DNA from: a virus
Taxonomy: Duplodnaviria; Caudoviricetes
Virus record (IMG/VR): IMGVR_UViG_3300033066_001269
Coordinates: 3,426-67,425 of that record
Strand: one strand, 5' to 3'
Length of the DNA: 64,000 nt
Of the stretch, positions 28,901-38,600 are shown piece after piece. Made by a program: the position numbers and the translations under genes. The stretch's first letter is position 1. Each line of letters begins with the position of its first letter. Below the pieces are notes generated by a model, which worked only from the letters and a program-made list of their open reading frames with translations, was not told the DNA's origin and did not search any database.

Positions 28901-31900
28901 CTCAGTATGTCCGGACGGGCGGCGAGGAGGAAGCGGCTTGGCATAAGGCGGTGGCGGAGGAAGAGGAAGCGGAAACTGCCCACGGTACGGCCAAGCAGCG
29001 GCTAGCGGATTACAAGAAAGATAAGAGCCTCCCGCGGTACCTCATCGACGATGCCGAGCGTCAAGTGGAGGTCTGGAAGAGTCGCCTGGATGCGGTCCGT
29101 GAAAAGAAGATCTCCAACCGAGAGAAGTTCCACGCCATCCAGAACACGGAGCGGTGGGAGAAGTGGGAGAAGCAGGCGAAAGACGCCGGACCGAAGCGGA
29201 CCGACACCATCCACATGATTGGCGGGTCCGTGCTCCACGTCTGGAACCAACTGAATCCGACGGGCGGACGTCTCGATATCCGGATGGCCTATCCAGAGGG
29301 GAAGCCCTCCGTCGTCGGTCTCGTGATGGCGGAGCGGCAGGCCAACTGGATCGAGAAAAGCCTGACCGGAACCGCTCCGGCCATGAACGCCGTCGATGTC
29401 TTTAATGCCGTCATGGAGGGGAATGAAAACATCCCCCTGGCGCAAGGAATGCGGATCCAGCGATCGAGCATTAATCGGAAACCGGTCCTCCGCTTCCTGA
29501 CCCAGAACGAACGCATCATGCGAACGCTTCGTGATCTGGGCGTAATCCATGAGCGCATCGGGTGGGAGCACTTCTTCTACCTCCCCAACAACCTCGACCA
29601 GGCCGCGCCGATACTGGGGCAAATTTTGCAACAGTTCCCCGTACAGGAAGACGACTCTTCCTCCGGCGGTACGGCGTCCTATGCTCCGCAACGCAACACT
29701 CCGACCGCGGGCGGATCCTCGACCGCGACGCAGAGCGCCATGATTCAGCGCCGAAGCGAGGCGGTGAAGGGGCTCTCCGAGCTATTCGGTATCCCGATCA
29801 GGAAGGGCCGCTTCCGCGAGCGCGCCGCCGGCATCTACAAGGTCAAGCCGGAAGTAATTCGCCTCAAGGAAGCGCTGGACCTTCCCGTGCTCGCCCACGA
29901 AGTGGGCCACCACATCCACAAGTTCCTGTGGGGAACACGGAATGATGGGCTGGATAACCGCCCGCTCCGCCAGTGGGCCAGTGAACTCCGTCCACTCGAC
30001 TACGACCAGAAAAAGCGCCGCCTCCATGAAGGGTTCGCCGAGTTCCTCCGTTATTGGATGACGGACCCCAAGCAGGCGCAGGCGAAGGCGCCGCAGTTTT
30101 ACGCCTTCTTTGAGAAGACGCTGGCTTCTCATCCGGACCTGAAGGCAGGGCTGGAACTGGGACGCGATCGCATCATGAAGTGGATGGCCCAGCCATCCGC
30201 GGCGCGGGTTCTCGGGTCCATTTCGCGAGAGAAGAACGAACGGCGCCCCTTCTGGTATTACCGTACCTTCGACGAATTCTATTCGGACTTTGTAGACCGC
30301 CGTACGGCTCTTAGGACGGCCGTCGACGACATGATGAAACGCGGACCGAAGGTCTCGACGGAGAAGAACGCCGCGGATCTCGCGCAACTCATGTCGGGCT
30401 GGTGGGGCAAGCCCACGGAGTTCCTCTACAACAAGACGTTTAACTTCAAGGATCTGTCCGACCGCGGCATGTCGCTTCGGGACATCCTCCACCCGGTAGC
30501 CCGCACGGGCATCACCCTCGGCGACACGGGCCGGCTGATTCTTCAGGACCAGGGCACAAAGGACTTCGAGGATGGCCTGAATGATCTGCGGATCTATCTC
30601 GTTGCCCAGCGTGTCTTAGAGAAGACCGGGCAGCAGGGCATTGAGACCGGCATCAGCGTCGACGACGCCCGGAATGCGCTGATGGAGCTGGACAAGTACC
30701 CAGAGCGGATGAAGGACCTCCGCGTCGCCGCGGCTCGACTCTGGCGCTACCAGAATGACCTGGTGCAATATCTGGTCGACGCCCGGATGCTCAACGCCGA
30801 CCAGGCGAACCGGATGCGCGCGCTGAACCGCTCCTATGTTCCGTTCTATCGCGCGATCGAGGGGAACAACTCTTCTTCGAAGGCTGGATCCGGCCAGCTC
30901 GCCAACGTGGCGGACCCGGTGAAAAAGATGACCGGCAGCACCCGGGAAATCATTGACCCGCTCGAATCCATCATCAAGAATACGTACGCCCTGATCTCCG
31001 CGGCAGAGCGCAACCACGTAGCGCTGACGCTGGCGGAGCAGGCGGAGATGACGGACGGGGCAGGAAAATGGATGGAATTAGTTCCGCCCGACAAGTACCC
31101 CACTCGATTCAAGTTGGAAGAAATCGCCTCCACCCTGAAAAAGGCAGGCATGGACCTCAGCAAAGTCGACCTTGAGACAGTGGCAACGATCTGGCGGCCT
31201 CGGGTAGACAAGGATCGCAGCGAAAATATCCTAACCGTCGTTAAAGACGGTCAGCGGATGCTCTACGAGGTATCTCCCGAGTTGTATGAAGCGCTGGACC
31301 CCATGGACCGCGCCTCGGCGAATATCCTCATCCGCATCGGCCGGTTCTTTGCGCGGCCGCTCCGCGCGGGCGCAACGCAACTTTCTCCAGACTTCGTGAT
31401 CTCCAACCCGACGCGCGACGCCTGGACCGCGTTCATGCAGTCCGAGGTGGGCTTCGTCCCGCTCATCGACACCATCCGCGGGGCGTATCACCGCATCAAG
31501 GAAACGAAGGAGTTCCACGAGTGGCGGCGGGCAGGCGGTGAGCACTCGGCGCTGATCTCGCTCGACCGGACGAACCTGCAAAAGAAGTTGACGGACGTGC
31601 TCGACGCGAAGGGTAAATCCTACTACGCCAAGCACCCAGCCGAGGCCGCGTGGTGGATCACCAAAGCCTTGTTGACATCTCCTCTGAATACGGTGGGAGC
31701 CGCCTCGGAGGCAATGGAAGCAGCGAGCCGACTCGGCGAATACGTCAAGGTGCGGAAGGGGGCGTCCGCTCGCCAATCTGCCCTCTCAAGCCGCAATGTC
31801 ACCGACGACTTCGCCCGCGCCGGCCGGATTGGGCAGGTGGTCAATCAGGTAATTCCGTTCTTCAACGCCAACCTCCAGGGCCTTGACCGGTTTGTGCGCC

Positions 31901-32850
31901 TACATCAGTCTCGGCACCTGCAGCGGACCATCCAGCGGGGCGTTCTCTTCATCACGCTCCCGTCGCTTCTCCTTTGGTGGATGAACAAGGACGATCCCGA
32001 CTACCAGGAGATGCCGAACTACATCAAGGACTTCTTCTGGCTGGTCCCGACGAAGTGGTCTCCCTGGCTGCATGCAAAGACGCCCTTTATCCCCATCCCG
32101 AAGCCGTTCCTATGGGGGCAGGTATACGGAACCCTCTGGGAGCGCGGAATGGACGCGGCATACCGGAAGAACCCAAAAGCGTTCGAGGGCTGGGGTAAAT
32201 CGCTTGGCGACGTGTCCCTGCCGAGCTTTGTCCCACCGGTGATGTCTGTCCCGCTGGCAGTCACCGCCAATTACGACTTCTTCACCGAGCAACCGATCGA
32301 CCCAGACTCTGGCGGTGGGAAGAAAGACTCCTCCACTTACAACGTCAAGCCCGGGACATCCCGCTTTTCCCGGGAATTGGCCATCATGGCCAAGCGCTTG
32401 GGCTGGACGGTCTCTCCGAACAAGATAGATTACACCATCTTCGGCTTCACCGGCGGTCTCGGGAAATCCACCGTCCGGGTGGTCGACTGGTTCCTTCCTA
32501 GCCAAGTGCCAGAGCCCTCTCCGCGGCTGGCCGATATCCCTGTTGTTCGCAAGTTCACAGTACCGAACCCGCCGACCTACCCCAAGTCGATGCGGCAGAT
32601 GTACGACGAGCAGAAAGAACTGAACGCGCGGAAGGCGGACGCCAAGCAGCCGAGAGAGCCCGCCTTTACCAGCGAAGAAGCGCAGCGCCTGCAGCGGATG
32701 AACTCCTACGCCAAGCGGGTAGCGGCATTCCGCCGGCAGCTTCGCGAGGTGCAGCAGTCTCCCACCCTGTCGCCCGCTGAGAAGCGATCGCAGATCGACG
32801 CGCTGCAGAAGCAGATGAATTCCACGGCCCGAGAAGCCGTAGCCCCCTAA
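22990..32850 (+). CDS. Giant polyvalent virion protein: N6-adenine methyltransferase + Strawberry-notch-type SF2 helicase + HExxH zincin-like + LPD38-like
   Basis: EPSAGTG (24955) and NPPF (25156); Walker A GDGTGVGK (about 26569), DEVH (26896), GRTHRSNQ; HEVGH (29896); C-terminal FFNANLQG and PIPKPF; 3286 aa. Confidence 0.85.
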   Translation: MPKNIAIPGLPGPVAFPDDMDDAAISAAIENEILPQIKAQSGQAMDRAIRPTPGPSLPTPPLKQATPFYQRPVPLPGTYDPQTGKALPIPDVPMPVPNVEYQPGLPSPAIPISEQYSPEELARIPDLLMRAGNQGVMSTIGGMGTSAEALGQMMKQPKNLGLILGENREAGPLDMAVGDAMQSVGSGIKEFADRGTADMPPGFSYAGASWLKDPNLLLDPKYMTYQAGQAGGSMLSFLMPTLSVLGKTKWATGASSVLESMTNAAETYDNAIKKGATPDQAAQLFATNLIADVPFTYITNKLGVFNEEIKNPLLRAATGTALETLQEPGQGGIQRATMRAIDPNQSITEGMDVEALGGLLGGPVGSVLATGTEQGHEPPPAPPPARQEWKRGPQQADAGLAQPGQPTIQEIARRRAEARQQFEQQNPAPPTPKESIASEPIQPLAPAPVLQEPVIKSQEIAEPQPVPEPVPPPQPQPLPEPPPQEELQPPPPPEPQPTLQPEPETIPPPVETKAPQPETEPPPAETKKPQAETAATPERRLINRVKQALQSNEDISRSFQKLADEAYGGSRAEGKYQMKQAYDAAEAAVNEHLAETPGLLDSEESLGKLRSLLTKLPTQSVRSSQQEQLQQFSTPPTLSWLTDKVAAPQKDDVVMEPSAGTGSLTAMLRPMVKEVWVNEIDPGRRALLKEQGYEHITDADAEHLDGTLDAKGVHVRPSLIVMNPPFSATGGRVKNNKNKFGYAHVRQALQRLAPGGRLVAILGEGSTLTAPTARSFWMEVKKTANLRANVGISGKEYAKYGTTFGNRLIVIDKNGPTTEEPVQENFDTIEEAWNALRNIAADRGARPGNLDQAPQPADRGPDLGRPEGPVSPNPGEQGQQVRPGGSGRDDLPAGGRSEGGIGVRTGPGRGPENRTPSPAPVQPELQPEGPRQEQRPSDDRSGVRSDGPEPRRVDLPQKPVSEGEIDARTAEIARQRAADARKRLLERRNKKDESSGPVAGMGNVAEDDWIKEGWDDLADVGAGYFADGMAPKEWRARMVEEFGDEIKPHLMDLMDTAIERFQAIRAEARKQFQQQPPAPPTTPPGPEPTPQPAPKPRADTQEAPPTESEQEEEGGSFVRYQPTIEGAPHPSPLVETRVMASVEPPSITYRPKLPETTVDEGRVSAAQLEAIARAGMMHQQFDGEGRRQAALVGDGTGVGKGREMAGIIFDNFLQGRKRAVWVSAAADLMGDAKRDFAGIGAVALLDKLRRLNDWAAADAIDMAEGVIFTTYDTLRSGQSKQGGKTRLQQLIDWGGQDLVIVFDEVHKAKNAIASITGEDGTLSGRSVAEIQEKLPKAYVTYASATFASEPRHLSALERLGLWGKGTAFQDFGAFMTEIGRGKVAALELIARELKAMGAYLSRSISYKGVTYDEVTHQLTPEQRKTYQTAAEAWQTVMSAMWDQLEKNGAGRTGRARAAVEQRFWSDHQRFFRNMLTAMKLPTVIQLTEKALEDGKSVVISLIGTGDAQAKRQMDKPGSGEGEGKGEGIDFSPREILLNLIDSHYPVEMWEEYTDDSGKTHRRKVIRDGKPVINPEAERAKKALKEKLKSELALPDAPLQAIVNHFGRQSVAELTGRVDEPQVNDQGKLVKASRAPEGVPKDAINEYEMDQFQSGKKRVAVISKAAGTGISLHAELRAKNQQPRFHIVMELSWSADDQMQSFGRTHRSNQKQPPEYVIVSSDIGGEKRFSSTIAKRLDALGALTKGQRGTAGAAVLAKYNFETEQGAEAAKQFYTALYNGEVEFEHNDPHDVLLKMGVTEQNDDETLKPIPKDTQENVTRLLNRILNLAPDEQNEVYDYFTRVFETAVDRAMQAGTLDTGVQEVKGDRVVLADQRAIASNPKTGAKTYRYRLEVDRKNKPMSVDDAKAAIQRGNAQTLVDRNNGQIILARKTDVTTTDQRTGVVDRIFIIARPEHYDPQDKVEFMTGAELGAQYVRTGGEEEAAWHKAVAEEEEAETAHGTAKQRLADYKKDKSLPRYLIDDAERQVEVWKSRLDAVREKKISNREKFHAIQNTERWEKWEKQAKDAGPKRTDTIHMIGGSVLHVWNQLNPTGGRLDIRMAYPEGKPSVVGLVMAERQANWIEKSLTGTAPAMNAVDVFNAVMEGNENIPLAQGMRIQRSSINRKPVLRFLTQNERIMRTLRDLGVIHERIGWEHFFYLPNNLDQAAPILGQILQQFPVQEDDSSSGGTASYAPQRNTPTAGGSSTATQSAMIQRRSEAVKGLSELFGIPIRKGRFRERAAGIYKVKPEVIRLKEALDLPVLAHEVGHHIHKFLWGTRNDGLDNRPLRQWASELRPLDYDQKKRRLHEGFAEFLRYWMTDPKQAQAKAPQFYAFFEKTLASHPDLKAGLELGRDRIMKWMAQPSAARVLGSISREKNERRPFWYYRTFDEFYSDFVDRRTALRTAVDDMMKRGPKVSTEKNAADLAQLMSGWWGKPTEFLYNKTFNFKDLSDRGMSLRDILHPVARTGITLGDTGRLILQDQGTKDFEDGLNDLRIYLVAQRVLEKTGQQGIETGISVDDARNALMELDKYPERMKDLRVAAARLWRYQNDLVQYLVDARMLNADQANRMRALNRSYVPFYRAIEGNNSSSKAGSGQLANVADPVKKMTGSTREIIDPLESIIKNTYALISAAERNHVALTLAEQAEMTDGAGKWMELVPPDKYPTRFKLEEIASTLKKAGMDLSKVDLETVATIWRPRVDKDRSENILTVVKDGQRMLYEVSPELYEALDPMDRASANILIRIGRFFARPLRAGATQLSPDFVISNPTRDAWTAFMQSEVGFVPLIDTIRGAYHRIKETKEFHEWRRAGGEHSALISLDRTNLQKKLTDVLDAKGKSYYAKHPAEAAWWITKALLTSPLNTVGAASEAMEAASRLGEYVKVRKGASARQSALSSRNVTDDFARAGRIGQVVNQVIPFFNANLQGLDRFVRLHQSRHLQRTIQRGVLFITLPSLLLWWMNKDDPDYQEMPNYIKDFFWLVPTKWSPWLHAKTPFIPIPKPFLWGQVYGTLWERGMDAAYRKNPKAFEGWGKSLGDVSLPSFVPPVMSVPLAVTANYDFFTEQPIDPDSGGGKKDSSTYNVKPGTSRFSRELAIMAKRLGWTVSPNKIDYTIFGFTGGLGKSTVRVVDWFLPSQVPEPSPRLADIPVVRKFTVPNPPTYPKSMRQMYDEQKELNARKADAKQPREPAFTSEEAQRLQRMNSYAKRVAAFRRQLREVQQSPTLSPAEKRSQIDALQKQMNSTAREAVAP

Positions 32851-32860
32851 AGAGGTCCCC

Positions 32861-33322
32861 ATGAAAATCCTGATTCTTGGGCTGCTCGCCATCGCGGCGC
32901 ACGCAGTCGAATACACCATTGTCAGCGACGTTACGGGCACATCGAACGTCGTCACCATCCAACAAGACCCGAACGCTACGCCCAAGGTGGTGGCGGGAGT
33001 GGAGGCCGGCGTTGCGGTCGACGGAGCCTGTACGGTTACGATCGAACGGAGTGGGACGGCGGCCACGGCAACGGCGGGCACGCTGAACCCCGTGGTCTCC
33101 ACTTCGTCCACGGCCGCGGTGAAGGTGTACACCGGCTCCGACGTGGGGACGGGAACGGTGCTTTCCAAAATAAAGCTGACCTCGGCCGGGTTCGCCCGGT
33201 TCCCCCTGTCCTCGATTCGGCTGGCTGCGATCAAGGACGCAACGCAGAACTTTACCGTGCGCGTCGCCTGCGCATCCAGCCAGAACAGCATCATCAACCT
33301 CAAGGTGGACGAACTGAAGTGA
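32861..33322 (+). CDS. Secreted beta-sandwich-like hypothetical protein
   Basis: Signal peptide MKILILGLLAIAAHA|VE; two Cys; SD GAGG. Confidence 0.7.
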   Translation: MKILILGLLAIAAHAVEYTIVSDVTGTSNVVTIQQDPNATPKVVAGVEAGVAVDGACTVTIERSGTAATATAGTLNPVVSTSSTAAVKVYTGSDVGTGTVLSKIKLTSAGFARFPLSSIRLAAIKDATQNFTVRVACASSQNSIINLKVDELK

Positions 33323-33633
33323 CCCTCAAGCACATTGCCATAGCCGCTTTCTTGTCGGCGGCCCTCTCCCAGGCGGACCAGCAGCCCGCCGCGCCGGATA
33401 CGCCGCCCGCGATTGTTTCCAAGCCGCTCACTCCGTCCCAGGCGGACGCGCTCAAGATCTATCTGCTTCAGGTGAAGAACCGGAACCTCGAGATTCAATT
33501 CCTCAGCGCGGAGATCGCGGCGCTGGGACGAGATCAGCGAGATCGCGTGGCGGCGTGGTGTAAGGAGGCTGGCGGTAAGGATTGCGCGATCGACTTAGCG
33601 CGAGGTGCTTTGACGTGGCCCGAATCCAAGTAA
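33319..33633 (+). CDS. Secreted small coiled-coil protein with a Cys pair (paralog of 17539-17865)
   Basis: MTLKHIAIAAFLSAALSQA|D; C-terminal WCKEAGGKDCAI...LTW. Confidence 0.7.
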   Translation: MTLKHIAIAAFLSAALSQADQQPAAPDTPPAIVSKPLTPSQADALKIYLLQVKNRNLEIQFLSAEIAALGRDQRDRVAAWCKEAGGKDCAIDLARGALTWPESK

Positions 33634-35624
33634 TTGCCTTTCTATTTCCCGCGCTACTGGCGGCGCAGCCCTCGCTGACGACGATCAGTGAAACTCTCTT
33701 CGCCCCGGACGGAAGCCGTTACAACGGGGCCGTCTACACGGAGTTGGCGGCAAAGTGCACTGCTCCTCCGGGATCGAACTATATCGGCGCTGGCAAGGGA
33801 AAGATCCTCGTCAATAACGGCGTCCTGGCGACACAGTTGGTGCCTAACACCAGTTGCACGCCGGTGACGAAATACAAGGTGAAGTATGACCTTGTGACAA
33901 AGACCGGGCTTTCTCTGCGGTATGACACTTACTGGACGGTGGGAGTCTCGGCGAATCCGGTAACGGTGAGTTTCATCGAAACCGGCGATGCTCCGCCCGC
34001 GCCGGAGACCACCCTGAACGCTTCGTTACTGGTCGGGTGCACGACCGGGCAAACCCTTCGCCACAACGGCAGCAACTTTGCGTGCGTGCCGATGGCGACG
34101 ACACCCACGGCATCCGCGGCTCCGTTCTCTGACGCAGCGGGGAAACTGGCGGCCGGTTGGCTCTCGGAAGTATTGTCCTTGTCGGACCTCTCGGACGTCA
34201 CCGCCATCCGCGGAAGCACCACGACGGTGCAGATGGCGAGCGGATCCACCACGACCGGGCATTGTGCCCAGTTCGACGCCTCGGGAAACCTGGTGGACTC
34301 CGGCGATGCCTGCGGCGGTTCTGGCGGATCGCCCACGTCCATCAGTTGGGGGTCGATCACCGGCATGGTGGGGAACCAGACCGACCTCGCCGCGCTGCTC
34401 AACGCGAAGGAATCTACGGTTAGCAAGAACATCGCCAACGGCTACGAGGGCTTGACGGCGAGCACTAAGCTCCAACTGGCGCATGGGCAAGAGGTATGGA
34501 GCCTTTCTGACCTTGCCGACGTCGCGGGCAAGCAGGGAAACAGTACCACCGTCCAGATGGGGACCGGCGCCTATGTGGTCAACCATTGCGCCAAGTTCGA
34601 CGCCAACGGCAACATCGTGGACGCGGGGGCTGACTGCGGGACGGGCAGCGGCGCCGCTACGTGGGGCTCGATCACCGGCATGGTGGGCAATCAGACGGAC
34701 TTAGTGGCCCTCTTGAACGCCAAAGAGTCGACCGTCAATAAGAACGTGAGCTACGCCGGGCTCTCGGGCGGCAAACTGGCGCTCTCGCAAGGGCAGGAGG
34801 TATGGGCGCTGGCGGACCTCTCGGACGTCACCGCGATCCGCGGCAGTTCCACGACCGTTCAAATGGCCAGCGGGGCGGTCAGTACCGGAGACTGCCCGAA
34901 GTTTGACGCTTCAGGGAATCTCGTCTCGGCCGGCTTCTCCTGCGCGTCCGCGTTCCAGGTGACCTCGGCGAAGGATCAGGCCAATGGGTATGCGGGGCTG
35001 TCTGGCTCCAGTAAGATCACGGCATCCCAGGTACAAGAGGTCTTGGCCTTGGCTGACCTGTCGGACGTAGGTTCCAAGCGCGGTACCTCGACGCAGGTGC
35101 AGATGACGACCGGCAGCGTCACCACGAACAACTGCGCCAAGTTTGACGTGAACGGCAACCTGGTCGACGCCGGAACTACCTGCGGGGGCGGAGGCGGGGG
35201 TGGCAGCCCGCCGGGGTCCGATGGCGACATCGCCGGAAACATTGGAGGGTCCTGGACGGGAATTACTCCCGAGCGCGGCATCGAGATCATCGACGTGAGC
35301 GGGGCGAAGAAACTCCGCGTCAAGGACAGCACGGCTCCGTCCCATGGTTACGGAACGGGCAACGTGAACTTCTCCAACCTGTCCACGGGCGGGTGTTCCA
35401 CGGCAGTAGAGGCGGGCGCAAACACGATCACCGTCAGCCCAGCGACCACGGGGGAAGTCGCGATCGTCGGCGGACCCTCGAGCGCTTCCATCCCGACGGG
35501 AGCATGGGTGGGGGGCACGGTCACGGCGACCAACACCGTCTCGCTCTATGTCTGCAACTTCACCGGCAGCAACCTGAACTTGGCCGATTTGACGTACACC
35601 GTATGGGTTCCAAAAAAGTACTAA
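33615..35624 (+). CDS. Tail-fibre-like repeat protein with a signal peptide
   Basis: GTG 33615 with SD GAGGTG; MARIQVIAFLFPALLAA|QP; four repeats of about 60 aa, each with CxxFDxxGN..C. Confidence 0.7.
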   Translation: MARIQVIAFLFPALLAAQPSLTTISETLFAPDGSRYNGAVYTELAAKCTAPPGSNYIGAGKGKILVNNGVLATQLVPNTSCTPVTKYKVKYDLVTKTGLSLRYDTYWTVGVSANPVTVSFIETGDAPPAPETTLNASLLVGCTTGQTLRHNGSNFACVPMATTPTASAAPFSDAAGKLAAGWLSEVLSLSDLSDVTAIRGSTTTVQMASGSTTTGHCAQFDASGNLVDSGDACGGSGGSPTSISWGSITGMVGNQTDLAALLNAKESTVSKNIANGYEGLTASTKLQLAHGQEVWSLSDLADVAGKQGNSTTVQMGTGAYVVNHCAKFDANGNIVDAGADCGTGSGAATWGSITGMVGNQTDLVALLNAKESTVNKNVSYAGLSGGKLALSQGQEVWALADLSDVTAIRGSSTTVQMASGAVSTGDCPKFDASGNLVSAGFSCASAFQVTSAKDQANGYAGLSGSSKITASQVQEVLALADLSDVGSKRGTSTQVQMTTGSVTTNNCAKFDVNGNLVDAGTTCGGGGGGGSPPGSDGDIAGNIGGSWTGITPERGIEIIDVSGAKKLRVKDSTAPSHGYGTGNVNFSNLSTGGCSTAVEAGANTITVSPATTGEVAIVGGPSSASIPTGAWVGGTVTATNTVSLYVCNFTGSNLNLADLTYTVWVPKKY

Positions 35625-38600
35625 ATTTCGCGTTTTTCGCATTCCTCGCCCCGTTTTTCGCATTTTTCGCATTTCCCCTCGCCGCGGCGCCGGATGGGAA
35701 CGCCATCCTGATCGGGTCCGCGACGGCACAAACCGGCCGCCCCGTCGAGTGGAGCCGCAACTTTCCCGTTTCGGGACCGCTCTCCATTTGCGAGTACCCC
35801 AAGCCCTTCCTCCATGGCGTCGCTTTCCCGAAGTGGCAGGCGAACGTGAAGACTCGCTGGCCCGCGTCGACCGCTTGCCCGGGCGGTGCAGTGCAACAGG
35901 CGCACTTCTGGATTTACACGACAATCGGGGCCGGAGCGCAACAGGAGATCGACTTCCGCGAGTCCTCCGTCTCTTGTGAAGGGGGAACATGCGGCGTCCC
36001 GATGAGCCAGAGCGCCATTCAGAACCACATGGGCGGGGCGTGGGGGGCGAGTATTGACGCTGTGGCCCGCCCGGTTGGTTCCACCACCCTGCGAAGCGTG
36101 GACGCCCGGGCACTCATCGCGGCTGGCAATTACACCGTCCGGTATGCGGGCCCAGTGGCGACGCAAATCGTGGTGGAGGACGTCAGCACCAACCTCGCCT
36201 CGGACTTTGGATGGCATGATGCAGGCTCCGCGGAACTCCTCTCGACGATCCAGCCAACCGACACGACCCTCAATATTGAAGCGCCTCACTGGGCGAACCT
36301 GGGGCGGCCATTCACGGTCACGATGGAGGGCGAGAAAATCTCTATCTGCCATGTGGATGGACCCGGAAAAAAGATGTACGTCGGCACCACCAATGGATCA
36401 GACCCGACGTGCGCCAACGTGGCCGGCCGCGGCATAGGCGGCACGACGGCGGCGCTCCATTATTGGAGCGGCTGGGGACGGCCCGTTTTCCTCACGCAGT
36501 CCATCTATCTCACCGCGGCGATCAACGCTTACACGGAGCAGCTTCCTCTGAGTGACGCTTCTTCGATCATCGCCCCGACCGTGCTGCAGGTGGGCAATGA
36601 GAAGATTCGCGTCTGCAATAAGACCGGGAACCTCGTCACGATCGGGACGGGCAACTGGGGATGTTCTTACGACGCGAATGGACGAACTTACTACGGCACC
36701 AACATCGTGACAGACCGGAATTGGGCGCAATACACGCCCGTCCGGGACTGGTCGAACTCTTCGACGATCTGGACCGATGCCGCGGCGGCCTATCAGAAGA
36801 GTCTCCATCTCACCTTCGTGATTACGATCTTCCCCGACTGGGCCGGAGTCGGAATCGAGTACCTTGTCTCAAATACCTGGGACCGGGCGCAGGACCAGGA
36901 GTACGACATCACGTTCTACCGCGGGCCGATGGCGTCGCGGACGCAGGTGGTGACCAAGACGCACGTTCGCCATGTCGCCAATAGCTTCTACCGCATCCCT
37001 GATAATCCGATGAGTTACACGGGACGGGAGGCGGACCGCAAGATCTGGGACGGGGCGCTCCCTGCGGCGCTCACCTGGGATTTCAATCTTCCGTATCTCG
37101 CCAGCACGCGCATCATCCCGGTAGACCACACAGTGCGTCCCAGCCAGACGGCGGTGACGGGCGTCAATACGACGTGGGAGGCGTCCACGAAGTGTCAGGT
37201 GGAGGTGGGGTCCGTGGTAGCAGCCAACCGCGATTACTTCGGGCCGCTGGCGCGCAACTTTGAGGGCGGCGGTACGCGCGGCGAGATTGGCCTGTTCCTT
37301 GATGCCGACCTCATCGCTCTCGGAGCGGCCGGAAGCGGGCTGACCTACTCCGAGAATTGGGCGAAGTGGGTCTTTGGCTCGGCGGGCTGCACCAGCCTCA
37401 TCCCTGCTTACTTCCGGGAGCGGGGAACGTCTGGAACGTTCTGCGCGGCTACCGAATCGTCCTCGGCTCCCACCACCAAGACTTGCACAGGGGCGAACCT
37501 CACTGCGGCGGCCTTCGGGCGCTATCTGTCGATCGACAATCGGCCGGGACTCTCGTATATCAACGCGCAGGGGAATGCTACGGATATGATTCAGCCCGTC
37601 GGGTGGCTGAGTTACAACTACATCAATGTGGGAGATAGTTTCTCTCACTGGCCCGCGACCAGTTATGTGGCCTACGTTCTCTCGGATGACCTGTATTACG
37701 AGCGGGCGATCCAGGGCGTTGGCGCGTTTGTTCTCATCCAGGGGCCCTTCCCCGGATGGAATCCGAGTCACTCGCCCTATATCCAGGCCGGGACCGTCTT
37801 CCGGAAAGGAAGCTGGGGCATCCTGGTTCCTTTTTCGGCCTCCGATCGTCAAGTGGCGTGGATGACCCGTGGATTATTCTGGGCGTGGTACGCCTCCGCT
37901 GACGGGACGCCGGAGAAGGAGTACTTCCGCCATAAGCTCAAGATGAATGCGGCGGTCCGGCAAGGGCAATGCGGCATCACGAAGGGGGCGCTCTACGTGC
38001 CGGGGTCCGGCGGGGATCCGGATGACTATTCCCCTTGGCGCTGGGGCCGGCGCGTCGTCGGGTTCAACGATACCCGATTCCCCACCATGTGCAGCGGCAC
38101 GCAAGCCGTTGCCGGATACAACACAGAGCCCACTTATGTGGACCAGACGCATGTCTATACGCTTCAGTCCTGGTGGATGATCTACTATCTGTACGTTTCG
38201 GAAATGCTGGCACTCGACAACGGCATTACCGAGTTCCAATATGTCGCGGAGGCTCACGGGGAGTGGTTCCGAAACCTCATCCTGAATCCTGCGGTTAAGA
38301 ATCATTTCGTAGTGGATTTGTTCCGCTCGCCCCACATCCCTTGCCAGGGAGAGACGACCACCTTCGCCTCCGGGTGCGCGGGGCAAAACCTCAATTCACT
38401 CGAGACGCCGGGGACGGAATACCTCTATTCGTCGTGGGCCAACTTCTACGACTATGGGTTCACCCAAGCGGCCAAGGACCGGACGGGGTTCGACACCGAC
38501 ACATTTGCCGGCGGCGGCCGCGCCCGGGTGGCGTATGGGACCGCGGCGCTCCAAGCCTGTCTCGCCGAGGATGGACGAGCGGCCTTCCGCTGGATCCGCA

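Noticed and set aside
35393-35602. N-terminal 70 codons of the 2106-aa ORF
   Set aside because: They overlap the upstream fibre gene and read as non-protein-like; ATG 35603 exposes a signal peptide
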